Part shown: positions 24,205-36,370 of the stretch, one piece after another | Position numbering within the stretch: the first letter of the stretch is position 1 | Layout of the letters: the number at the start of each line of letters is the position of its first letter | Assembly: GCF_963921235.1 (NCBI RefSeq) | Contig: NC_086108.1 | Location: forward strand, 34,288,001 to 34,352,000 | Reading direction: 5' to 3' | Length of the DNA: 64,000 nucleotides | Origin: Mobula hypostoma | Lineage: Eukaryota | Notes under the pieces: model-generated | Database searches by the model: none | What the model was told of the DNA's origin: nothing | The model's input: only the letters and a program-made list of their open reading frames with translations | Made by a program: the position numbers and the translations under genes

Positions 24205-25035
24205 AGAAGATTCCGGTTAATTGGGCCATCAGTTAATTGGAGCACCCAGTCATTTGGGACAACTCTTAAAGAACAAATACTAATCAAGAAGATAGCTGGA
24301 ATTCCCTTCATTTATTTGGGACACTGTGCTGCTTAACTGAGGCAGGAGGCTGTTGCCGAACAGTTTCTAACTCGCATCAGACATGTGCACTTGTGTGGTC
24401 ATTAGACACTAAATGTGCTTACAGGAAACAGCTTTTAAATATCAGTTGCATCTGCTTGTGTTCAAACAGCAGTGATTTTTGGCACAGATAGTTGGTAAGA
24501 AATAAGCAATATGACTATTCGAAAGTGTTTTCCTCACTGCAGTTTCAAGCTTTCAGGCTTGGAAACGCCATAAATGGCCAGGAGTGAAAATGAAACAATT
24601 TCACTATTTCAACAAGATAGGAACTACAAATAATTTGAAGGTATCAACAATCATCTTAAATATTACAATGAAAATGAAGATTTGGAGGATATAGTCATTG
24701 ATAGCCTTGTATGAAGGCTGTCTATTATCTACACTCCATGTCTGTGCTAATAGTGTTCACCTGCAATCAATCAAAAGGACAGATACACTGGATGAATTCT
24801 TCCGTCAATAACTATTAGGAACTAATATACAGTTTTATAGTATTATAACCGTATTGATAAGAGTTCTAACTTGTTCTGTACTTTATTCAAATGCATAATT
24901 TTTTACAGTTAAATGGTAGTTTTTTTATATACCTTTTAACTACCTCAATGAAACTTTGGCTAATTGGGTCAGCTGCTTAATTGGGTCAAAATGTATTGGT
25001 CCCAATGTGTCCCAATTAACCAGAATTTATTCTAT
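24205..25035 (+). mobile_element. Non-autonomous Tigger/pogo-like DNA transposon
   Basis: Inverted ends attccggttaattggg ... cccaattaaccagaat; repeated ttaattggg subterminal motifs. Confidence 0.65.
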
Positions 25036-25505
25036 ATGTCTTTCTGTTCCCCTAATCAAAGCTACTCATGAATTTCTTGTGAAACTGACACAAATTCCTA
25101 AAGGATGTAACAAGTCAAATCCAAGAAATCTGAGTACATCAGTATGTGGAGAATACTTTCGTCCTAATTCCTCTTCACTCAGACCTCTGGGAAGATAGTC
25201 TGTTCAGCCATACCGACTCTGATACCAAGCAAATGTGTTTCACAATCCTGAGTCAAAGTGTTACTGAGTCATACATCATGCAAACAGACCCCTCAGCTCA
25301 CAGAGTCTGTGCTGATCATCAAGTACCCATTTACACTCATTTCACACTAATGTTATTTTATTCTCCACATATTCCCAACAACTCCCCCCTATTCTACCAC
25401 CTGATGCACAACAGAGGCAATTTTCAGTGGCCAATTAACTTTCCAACCCACACATCTTTAGGGTGTGGATGGAAATAACAGAACTCAGGGGAAACCCATT
25501 AAGTC

Positions 25506-28484
25506 CCCACGGGACGCGTCCACCAACCTCAAAGAGCTGCCAACAACATACTGCATTGATGGAAATCTGGAAGGATGCACTATTTACTGAGGAAGCGTGG
25601 GAAAAGAGCTGGGCTGGTCAGATTGAAGCTGAGGGGCTTTGGGGTCCCTCTGCCCACCATCCTACCAGTTAATGTGCAAGCCATAGAGAATGACGTGGAT
25701 AATCTTAAAGGGAGACTCACCTTCTGCAGGGAGATGCAGAACTGCTGTGTATCCTGTTTCACCGAGACCTGGCACTCCCCTGCCACCCCTGACTGTGCCA
25801 TCCAACCAGAGAGATTTTCAATCCATCAGATGGACCGCACGGTGTCTTCAGGCAAGACGAGGGGAAGTGGGGTCTGCCTACTGATCAACACTGCGTAGTG
25901 CTCGGACAGAGTGGCACTGACAAGCTCCTGCAACCCGGACCTGGAACACCTGTCGGTGAAGTGTCGTCCCTACTATCTGCCACGAGAATTCACCTCAGTC
26001 ATACTGACAGCAGTCTACATTCCCCCCTAGGCAGACGTGGAGTGTGTTCTGAACACACTGTATGCCAACATCAGTGAACTTGAGACCAGGTATCAGGAGG
26101 CTTTGCTCATTACATCCGGGGACCTTAACCAGGCCAACCTCAGAAAGGCACTGCCAAAGTTATACCAACATGTCTCCTGCCCCACTAGAGGCCCGAATAT
26201 ACTTGACCACTGCTACACAGCAATCAAGGATGCCTAGCGTTCCATCCCACGACCTCACTTCGGAAAATCGGACCATCAGGCCGTACTCCTCCTCCCGGTT
26301 TACAAACAGAAACTGAAGTGGTGGGTCGCGGTGTCAAAAGTGGTGTCGCGTTGGACAGAGGAAACGGATGAGGTCTTCCATGACTGCTTTGAATCAGTGG
26401 ACTGGTTAGTATTCAAGGACTCGGCAGCTAACCTCAATGAGTATGCCTCAGCTGTCATGGACTTTATCTGGAAATGCACAGAGGACTGTGTGTCTCGCAA
26501 GACGATCCGGGTATTCCTTAACCGGAAACCTTGGATGAATTATGAGGTCCAATCCCTTTTGAAGACTAGAGCTGCGGCTTTTAGGTCCGGGGATACCAGT
26601 CGCTACACGGAATCCAGGCGTGAACTCCAGAAATCCATTATGGGCGCCAAGAAGCAATATTGAGCCAAGTTGGAAGCCCAGGCTAACCAGAGGGTTGCCA
26701 GTAGACTATGGCAGGGTCTAAATGAGATCACTGGGCACAAAGAAAAGGCTGGAAATATCAATAACTGTGGCGCTTTTCTTCCTGACGAACTTAATGTATT
26801 CTACACAAGATTCGAACAGAAGAGGAGCGTCCCGCCCCCTCCGGATGAACTGGACCTGGTGGCGTTGAGATTCATCGTCACTGAGGAGGACGTTAGAAGC
26901 GCCTTCCTGAAGATAAATCCAAGGAAAGCGACGGGCCCAGATGGCGTCCCGGGACAGGTTCTCCGGGCCTGTGCAAGCGAGCTAGCTGGAGTGTTTGCTG
27001 ACATCTTCAACTGCTCCCTGCTTCAGTCTAAGATCCCCTCGTGTTTTAAGAAGGCAACAATAATCCCGGTGCTGAAGAAGAGCAAGGTGGCATGCCTGAA
27101 TGACTATCAAACTGTGGCTCTGACATCAATTGCTATGAAGTGCTTCGAGAGATTGGTTATGGCACACATCAGCCACAGCCTACTAGTCAACCTCGACGCT
27201 TTGCAATTCACCTACCGGAGCAACAGGTCAACGACAGATGCCATCTCTCTGGCCCTACATTCCTCCTTAGAACACCTGGAGAATAAAGACGCATATGTAA
27301 GGCTCCTTTTCATTGAATACAGCTCTGCCTTTAATACCATCATTCTAAATAAACTGATTGCTAAGCTCCAGAACCTGGGCCTTAGTACTCAGATCTGCAG
27401 CTGGATCTTCAACTTCCTCACCGACAGGACCCAGGCTGAAAAAATGAGGGACAAGCTCTCCTCTACAATCACTCTGAGCACCGGTGCCCCACAAGGCTGT
27501 GTACTCAGCCCCCTGCTGTACTCACTGTACACCCATGATTGTGTAGCCAAGTTTCCATCAAACTCAATATATAAGTTTGCTGATGACACCACAATTGTAG
27601 GCCGTATCTCTGGTAATGATGGGTTTGAGTACAGAGAGGAAATTAAGAACCTGGTGGCATGGTGCGAAGACAATAACCTATCCCTCAACGTCAGCAAGAC
27701 GAAGGGATTGGTTGCTGACTTCAGAAGGAGTAGCGGACCGCACGACCCAATTTACATTGGCGGTGCGCAGGTGGAACAGGTCAAAAGCTTTAAGTTCCTT
27801 GGGGTCAATATCACAAATGACCTGACTTGGTCCAACCATGCAGAGTCCACTGCCAAGAAGCCTCACCAGCGCCTTTACTTCCTGAGAAAGCTAAAGAAAT
27901 TTGGCCTGTCCCCTAAAACCCTCATTAATTTTTATAGATGCACCTTAGAAAGCATTCTTCTGGGGTGCATTACAACCTAGTATGGAAGTTGTCCTGTCCA
28001 AGACTGGAAGAAGCTACAGAAGATCGTGGACACAGCCCAGCACATCACACAAACCAATCTTCCGTCCTTGGACTCACTTTACACCGCACACTGTCGGAGC
28101 AGTGCTCTCAGGATAACCAAGGACACGACCCACCCAACCAACACACTTTTCGTTCCTCTTCCCTCCGGGAGTAGGCTCAGGAGCTTGAAGACTCGTATGG
28201 CCAGATTTGGGAACAGCTTCTTCTCAACTGTGATAAGACTGCTGAACGGATCCTGACCCGGATCTGGTCCGTACCCTCCAAATATCCGGACCTGCCTCTC
28301 GGTTTTTTTTGCACTACCTTACTTTCCCTTTTCTATTTTCTATCTATGATCAATAATTTAAATTTTTATTATATTTACTATCGATTTGTAGTCCAGGGAG
28401 CACGAAGCGCAGAATCAAATATTGCTGTGATGATTGTGCGCTCTAGTATCAATTGTTTGGCAACAATTAAGTAATAATAATAAA
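25506..28484 (+). mobile_element. Near full-length Rex1/Babar LINE
   Basis: APE endonuclease (CFTETW, GDLNQANL, LDHCYT, GKSDH), RT (KATGPDG, GAPQGCVLSPLLYSLYTHD, KFADDT), C-terminal HQRLYFLRKL; (TAA)n tail. Confidence 0.95.
25575..28256 (+). pseudogene. Rex1 endonuclease-reverse transcriptase ORF (894 codons, five in-frame stops, no frameshift)
   Basis: ORF pieces starting at 25575, 26037, 26331, 26670 and 28026 share one frame; stops at 25896, 26028, 26235, 26661 and 27978. Confidence 0.9.
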
Positions 28485-29753
28485 AGTCACAGAGGCAATA
28501 TGCAAACTCTACATACACAGGACCGGAGGTCAGGATTGAACCCCTGTCGTTGGAGCTGTGAGGCCTACTAATCTGTATCAGTTCACTGTGGCCAAACTGT
28601 GGCAGGAGCTCTGTGATGGAAAGAAGACCTAATTGCCATGTTATCTGATGGCTGGGTGGATTTGGGGAGAACCAGTCTGGTGTTGGAAATAGCATACCTA
28701 CACCTCTAGAGACTACAAGTGTGAAATGGGTCACCAAAGCTGATACATTTATCTTCCTTGACTTCAAATTTAGTGTGCTTTAATCACTTTGCTGTGCTTT
28801 ATTTCCTCTTATTATGAAATAAGAGACCATTCATCCCAATGCTAGTTCTCAGCAGAGCAATCCTATCTGTCTCATCCTCTCTTTTTACTTCCCTCTCACA
28901 ATGCCTGTCCATTATCCTTTGATTATTTTTTACAACTTACCTGCACAAAAGGCTTCATATTTAATTGTCAATTAACATCCCTCCCCACTGCATGTTTTTG
29001 GATGTAGGAGGAAAGTAGAGCACCTCAGTGAAAACAATATAGTCACAGAAGAAGTAGACAAACTCCACAAAGACATCACCTTAGGGTAGGATCAAGCTTG
29101 GGGCTGCTGGACTGTGGGGTAACATCACTACCTGCCACAGCTGCTGATGCTTTACCACCTCAAATATGCTATATAAATGACAGAAACTGTTAACTCTTTC
29201 TCATTGATTTCAAAATTCTTGGGGAGTTTCCTTGCCAATTTGTTCACTGCAGCTTGTCTGCTGAATTTAAGCAAGACAGGAACCTCAAAACAATGGAGTA
29301 GGAGAGTTTACAATGACGCTGCATTGGAAAACAATCAGCTTGCTCCAATTGTCAGATGCCAAGAGTTAAAAATATACTCTTATGGATCACAAATCTACAT
29401 GAATAAGTTATACTGGGGCTTATTGAGACTTAGTATATATAACTTACAGAAACCACATCCTACTTTTGCATTGGTTTTTCATACAATCATTCAAATCCTC
29501 CGGCAAAAGATCTTGTTCTTACCTTTAAGTTTATTTTACCCTGAGGCTGGAGCACAACTATCTTTCCCTATTTCAGACTTTCAACTGTAATATTTTTCTA
29601 AAAGATGCAAAAGAAATGTCAGAATACGTTTTGAAACCTGGCTTATTGTACACAGCTTTCGAGGAATGGAGTGGTGATTAAAGCTCATCAAACTAATTAG
29701 TTCATAAACAGATTTTATCTCTATTTTAATGGATATTCTGAAAATACAAAAAC

Positions 29754-32700
29754 TGTCAAGGCTACACAGGCACTCTCCACCTAGATAACAGGAATCACCC
29801 GCCACTCATTTTCATCTTGTCACATGCAGCTTGTTTAAACCCAGCTCTTGTTTACTCGTCAAACCAGCCAGCCTCAACCAGTTCCTCCCAGCCTTCAGTT
29901 ATCGTGTTGTGTTAAGTACTGTATCTGTTCTCTCTTGTTTTGTGGTCCCTTATGATTTGCTGCTTTGCAGTGTATTAGTAAATATCACTTACTGCTAAAT
30001 CACCTCTGCAACTCTACATTTCCCTTCATGAAGAGTGAACCCATGATTGACCCAGCAGAGTACGCTCACCTAAAGGGAGTCATCTGTTGACAAGAATACA
30101 TGATCCCAAAGCAGTGGAAAACCATTGACCCTCAACCAACCAACTAACTGCTCTCAACCAACTCTCCATCTCAATACATCAACCTTGCACCAGTCAACCT
30201 CTTCCCTTGGAGCCCTGGATGCCAGCATCCAAATAGGATCCCCAAACCAGAGTGTCTTACAATTCGAGCTCAGGCTATCTCCATGGACCTAGCCAAAATT
30301 GACTTTGTCATCTCTCTCCAGACTGGCTGAGCTCTGACCTGGGCAGCCATTAACTGAGACAATAAAACCAATATTTACACTGAAATGTGCTGGGATTTTG
30401 ATCATCTGGGATGTGGAATGGAGGCAGCAGATTAGATACTTCACCTGTGTCAAGGCTCACACTTGGTGCTGGATAACACTTGAGAATTCAGGACCCTCGC
30501 AGTGGACTGTGGCTGGAATGTGGAAGCACTGCTGGTGCATTACCATCATAACCCCCTCGGAGTACTTGAAAGATGAACTGTCTACGTGGGACTGACCACG
30601 AAAGCCTCATCACACCGGTCCTCCGAATTGAGAAATGATTTATGGAACAATTCTCAGATCATCAGCTAGACCTCCAGTTCCATTCCCAGAACCATTTCAG
30701 GCTGGAGAGCCATCATCATCAACGCTTCCAGAAGCCATACAGTTAGCCGTCGTCCCCTCCCCCCTCAAGAATTTGACCATCGAAAGACAGACAACATGTG
30801 TGCTTACTGTGGAGTCACCAATCACCCATGCATCAAATGCCCACCGTGTCTGGGAATACAGCACACCAGGTAGAGATGAGGGGCCTTCTACTTGGTAAGC
30901 TGACATTTCATTCCAGCACCATAGCCCAACTCACTCTCTCTGTCCTCCTCCACATTCCTACAGCTCTATACACACAGGAGTATCTGATGGATTTCAGCAT
31001 TGCAGGCAACCTTCTGGACTGAACTATGTGTTCAGCCTAGACTCCCTACTGAGCCTCTCTCTCAGCCCTTCTACATTATGGCCTTTGATGGGTGTCTCTT
31101 GTGGTCTGGGATGGTCAGAGCGCACATACGGCCATGAGCATTCTTCTTGACTCATCCACCTATTCTCTCAGCTTGGATTACCCCCGGCTCTCCACTCACA
31201 ACCCTCACTTTGTCCGGTCATCTGCTTCACTCTGAGTTGGGGACCCAGCTGCTGCATCACTTACCCACAACCTCAGTTAACTTCATCCCATAAACCTGTG
31301 GAGATGGGGGAAATGCTCGACCTCACCATCCCACAGAAATATCACAAATTAGCCACTGCCTTCAGTGGAAGGGAGCCAACACACTACTGCCTCAGTCAAC
31401 ATGATTGCACAATCAACCTCCTCCTGTGCACCAGCCCTCTCAGTCTGTTCTCCCTTCTCCCATCCAGAGCCCCAAGCCATGAATGAGACTACATCGCCAA
31501 AGTGCGACAGCTTCATTCAACCATTCATGTCCTCAGCTGGTGCAGGATTCTTCTTTGCTAAAAAGAAGGATGGGGGTCATCATCCCTGTTTTGACTACTG
31601 TGGACTCAGCTAAATCACCATTAAGAGCCACTACCCTTTCCCCTTGATGGATACCACATTCAAAACACTCCAGAAGGTCCAGGTCTTCACCAGACTGGAT
31701 CTACAGAGTGTGTACAACCTGATCTGCATCTGCCAGGGAGATCAGAGGAGAATGATGTACAAAACACCCACTGGACACTATCAACACTTGGTGATGACTT
31801 TCCAACAGTCCAGCCATCTTCCAACCCTTTATCAATGAGACCCTCTGAGACACGCCACACAGGCATGTGTTTGTCTACCTTGACAATCAGAATCAGAATC
31901 AGGTTTGTTATCACGGGCATGTGACGTGAAACTTGTTAACTTAGCAGCAGCAGTTCAATGCAATACATAATATAGCAGTGGGAGAAAATGATAATAATAA
32001 TAATTAATAAAATAAGACACAATAAATAAACAAGTAAATCAATCACGTATATTGAATAGATTTTTTTAAATGTGCAAAAACAGAAATACTGTATATTAAA
32101 TAAGGTGAGGTAGTGTCCAAAGCTTCAATGTCCATTTAGGAATCGTATGGCAGAGGGGAAGAAGCTGTTCCTGAATCACTGAGTGTGTGCCTTCAGGTTT
32201 CTGTATCTCCTCCCTGATGGTAACAGTGAGAAAAGGGCATGCCCTGGGTGCTGGGGGTCCTTAATAATGGATGCTGCCTTTCTGAGACATGGCTCCCTAA
32301 AAATGTCCTGAGTACTTTGTAGGCTAGTGCCCAAGATGGAGCTGACTAGACTTACAACCTTCTGCAGATTCTTTCAGTCCTTTGCGGCAGCCCCTCCATA
32401 CCAGACAGTGGTGCAGCCTGTCAGAATGCTCTCCATGGTACAACTGCAGAAGTTTTTGAGTGTATTTGTTGACATGCCAAATCTCTTCAAACTCCTCATA
32501 AAGTATAGCCACTGTCTTGCCTTCTTTATGACTACATCAATATGTTGGGACCAGGTTAGATCCTCAGAGATCTTGACACCCAGGAACTTGAAGCTGCTCA
32601 CTCTCTCCACTTCTGATCCCGCTATGAGGATTAGTATGTGCCCCTTCGTCTTACCCTTCTTGATGTCCACAATCAGCTCTTCCGTCTTAGTGATGTTGAG

Positions 32701-33830
32701 TTTCTGGTTGTTGCTGCGATATCATTCCACTAGTTGGCATATCTCACTCCTGTACGCCCTCTCGTCACCACCTGAGATTCTACCAACAATGGTTATATCG
32801 TCAGCAAATTTATAGATGGTATTTGAGCTATGCCTAGCCACACAGTTATGTGTATACAGAGAATAGAGCTGTGGGCTAAGCACATACCCCTGAGGTGCGC
32901 CAGTGTTGATCATCAGCGAGGAGGATATGTTATCACCAATCTACACAGACTGCAGTTTTCCAGTTAGGATGTTGAGGATCCAATTGCACAGGAAGGTACA
33001 GAGGTCTAGGTTCTGCAACTTCTCAATCAGGATTGTGGGAATGATGGTATTAAATGCTGAGCTATAGTCAAGGAACAGCATCCTGATGTAGGTGTTTGTG
33101 TTGTCTAGGTGGTATAAAGCCATGTGGAGAGCCATTGAGATTGCGTCTGCTCTTGACCTATTGTGGTGATAGACAAATTGCAAACAGTCTAGATCCTTGC
33201 TGAGGCAGGAGTTCAGTCTAGTCATGACCAACCTCTCAAAGCATCTCATCACTGTCGATATGAGTGATACCGGGCGATAGTCATTAAGGCAGCCCATATT
33301 ATTCTTACCTTCTCCAAGGACCCCCAAGACCACATCTGTCACATCTGTTCAGTCCTTCAGCATCTCCTCAAAAGCCAACTGTACTGCAATTTAGAAAAAA
33401 ATGCCATTTCCACACCTCAGTTGTTTCCTTCCTGGATATGTCCTTTCATCACAAGGCATAACTGTGGACCCAGAGAAAGAGCGTACCATCGTTAAGTGGC
33501 CCTTACCATGTTCCTTCAAACAGGTACAGGACTTATTGATCTTCTCCAACTTTACTGCTGTTTCATCAGGAATTATAGCTAAATTACCACTCTTCTCACC
33601 TCCCTCACCAAATCTCCTCCGTCACGGATAACCATGTCTACTGCCGCAAGCCACACTTTCAAGGAGCTCGAGGTGCTTCACCGCTGCTTTCATTTTCTGC
33701 CATCTGAACGCCTCCAACCGTTTGTGGTAGAGGTGGAAGCATCTGATGTGGTTATCAGGGCCTTCCTCTCTCAGCTAGGACTAATGGGAAGACCCACCCT
33801 TGTTCCTTCTTCTCATACAAGGCTCAAGTG
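29754..33830 (+). mobile_element. Decayed Gypsy LTR retrotransposon (sushi-like): probable 5' LTR, gag, protease, RT, RNase H
   Basis: TGTCAAGG start; CAYCGVTNHPCIKC zinc knuckle (~30797); LMDFSIAGNLLD protease; AGFFFAKKKDGGHHPCFDY, FTRLDLQSVYN and VFVYLDN in RT; PFVVEVEASDVVIRAFLSQ RNase H. Confidence 0.88.
31888..33297 (-). mobile_element. 5'-truncated Rex1/Babar LINE nested in the Gypsy RT
   Basis: [46 protein letters not shown]; (GATTCT)n tail at the left end. Confidence 0.93.
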
Positions 33831-33857
33831 CAGAGAGGGAGAGACAAAATGGGTGAT

Positions 33858-33880
33858 ATCTCTCTCTCTCTCTCTCTCCC

Positions 33881-33931
<51 letters not shown>

Positions 33932-33948
33932 CTCTGTCTCTGTCTCTG

Positions 33949-33984
<36 letters not shown>
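33858..33984. repeat. (CT)n/(CTCTGT)n microsatellite
   Basis: Direct reading. Confidence 0.95.
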
Positions 33985-33989
<5 letters not shown>

Positions 33990-34689
33990 AAATGTTTTGA
34001 CATATACCCTACGTACGTACCCATGACAATAAGCTTGAACTTGAAACTGAAGGACAGACATTGAATGGACAGTAGAGCTTTGCTGCATGTGTAAGACTTT
34101 CCTAATGTAATGCTGTCGTATAGTCTGGCCTGCTTGGTGTGCTGAGGAACCCAGAATATACAAGAGAATAAAAAGGCAGAGAGAAATAGCACATGCAAAT
34201 GACCAGCCCTGATCCAAACAATCTCTTTTGTTTCCCCCTGTTCTAAAATTTGTAAGTTCAATTTGAACTCAGGCTGTGTGACATTTTTCGACAATGGTCA
34301 AGGTTATTGGGTCAGCTGAGAACCGTGAAGGCTGGTTGCAACAAAAATGTCTGTATATAAAGAAAAGTGCAATGAATTGATGTCAATTGTTGCAGAACCT
34401 TCTGGTGCAAGATATCCCTGTCACAATTACAGTCCTCCGTTTGGAACCCACACACTGTCTTTCTGTTACAATATGATGCGAGGGGAAGATAGCAAAGTTG
34501 CAGCATTCCCAAAACCTGGTGACAAAGTAAAGACTTGGTGGAATATATTGAAGGATTACAATTGTAATAAAAAGCACAAAGCAGAAGATGTGAATGTTGA
34601 AGCTGACTGTGTTAACAACTGGAGAGGAAATCACAATATTGGGAATCCAAAGCTCCAGACCAAATGAACCTTTGCATGTAAATTTGCAT

Positions 34690-34982
34690 GGGGTGACACG
34701 GTAGAGTAGTGGTTAGCACAACGCTCTACAGGACCAGTGCCCTAGGTCCAATTCCCACTGCTGCCTGCAAGAATTTTCCACGTTCTCCCCATGACTGCAT
34801 GGGTTTCCTCTAGGAGCTCTGGTTTCCTCTCACAGTCCATAGACATACCAGTTGGTAGATTCATTGGCCACTGGAAATTGTCCCTTGATTGGGCTAGGAT
34901 TAAATCAGGGGATTGCTGGGTGATGCAGCTCAAAGGGTTGGAAGGGCCTATTCTGTGCTGTACCTCAATAAATAAATAAATT
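34690..34982 (+). mobile_element. tRNA-derived SINE (V-SINE/HE1-like) with CR1-type tail
   Basis: A-box-like gtagagtagtggtta, B-box-like ggtccaattccc, gggtttcctctaggagctctggtttcctc core, gaagggcctattctgtgctgt and (AAAT)n tail. Confidence 0.8.
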
Positions 34983-35979
34983 AATTAATTAAAATATACA
35001 AAAAGGTCCACAATATTTTGCTTTCCATTATGACACTGAACACTGAATGGAACATAGAAGAACATAGAAAACTTATAGCACAATGCACGCCCTTCACCCA
35101 CAATGCTGTGCCAAACATGTACTTACTTTAGAAATTACCTGATGTTACCCATAGCCCTCTATTTTTCCAAAATCCAAAATGAAGTGCTGTGAGACACAGA
35201 ATGTGCTCATCTATAACCCGGATCAGAAGTGCTCCCATATTGCCACCACTGCTGCAATTTTGCTGCTGAATTTATTTCTTGGCCTCACATTCTTGCAATG
35301 ACAATGGTCCATTGCTAAGATTTTTAACACGACATGCAGCGAAGACAAAAATTATGTAACCTGCAGATCAATAATCATTCATGTGACTCAAAGAACTGGA
35401 CAACAGAGGTAACGACCCACACCCTTTAGTCTCATTACAATTACTACAAAAAAAGTGACCAAAGTATTATCTGAGACGTTGTTATGTGGTGGATATAAGA
35501 AGTTTGTGGATCAAGTGCTGAGAAGTGGAATTGGCGAAGATAGGTATTTGATAGTCTGCATGGAGAGTGTGGGACAAAGGACCTGTTTCTGTATGGCATG
35601 ACTATTTTATGCAGAAGGGTTATAATATGAAGCTGTGGGCCTATAAAGCCTGCCTGAGACAATTGGGGCTTTCAAAACTAAATTGGAAAGACAATTCTGG
35701 AGGATTAATTTGCTGGGTTTAACTGAAAAGTGTGTGGGATTATTTTCTGTTACATGAAATTCTCCTAATTCCACACTGATGATTTGGTAGTGTTTACCAT
35801 AGAAAATTCTCATCCCACAGATTGTGGAGACAGAAGAAAAGTGGCCACTGAGGGTTAGTCAAAGTTGAAATCAGAATATTTCCACAGATTACAGTACTGT
35901 CAGTAACCCCAGTAGAGAGCGAAGGTTTATTACTAAACATTCTTGTATTCCGGTAATAGTTGAGTTTTTTTTGTCTAAA

Positions 35980-35998
35980 CACTGTCACCTAGTGGCAA
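35980..35998 (-). promoter_or_regulatory. CTCF-like motif
   Basis: Reverse complement TTGCCACTAGGTGACAGTG; one mismatch to CCASYAGRKGGCRS. Confidence 0.3.
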
Positions 35999-36370
35999 AC
36001 TGGGGATTGAAAACTTGTTTCCACTTTTAATAAAATAAAATGCTTCATATAGTTTTCCTATTTCCTGAGAATATGCCAATCTTGGATCTATGCTTGATGG
36101 ATAAAGTGTCTTATGAAGTCTTCTAGCAGGAGAAAAGTCTTCTTGAAGGAGAAAAGCTGCTGCCAGTAAGGTTGATTGGTGCAAAAATAAGTGTTTGAAT
36201 CAGATGGGAAGAAAGTGAAACCAGATTTCCTTTTGTTGTGACAAAGATCCATGTCAAAAGTCACTTGTTAGAGTCAGCATTGTAATGTGGTTGATATTGT
36301 AATGACATGATGTTGTATTCTCTCTCAGTCATTCATTCCCTTGTTATCACTAGAATGAATACTGGCAGCA

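Larger units (their letters stand above)
25255..28590 (-). mobile_element. V-SINE/HE1-like SINE split by the Rex1 insertion (25255-25505 and 28485-28590)
   Basis: ggaaacccat | agtcacagag..atatgcaaactc..ggtcaggattgaaccc rejoin into the reverse complement of the SINE core. Confidence 0.6.

Noticed and set aside
28806..28825. Short perfect hairpins (CTCTTATT-ATGA-AATAAGAG; also GGAAAAT-CTT-ATTTTCC near 17254)
   Set aside because: Stems of 7-8 bp are expected by chance in AT-rich DNA of this length.
30044..33830. PEG10/RTL1-like domesticated gene
   Set aside because: Heavily disrupted and interrupted by a LINE.
33634..34294. ORFs with SLSLSL/ERERER runs (also 2032-2229 and 12252-12660)
   Set aside because: Translations of (CT)n/(GA)n microsatellites.
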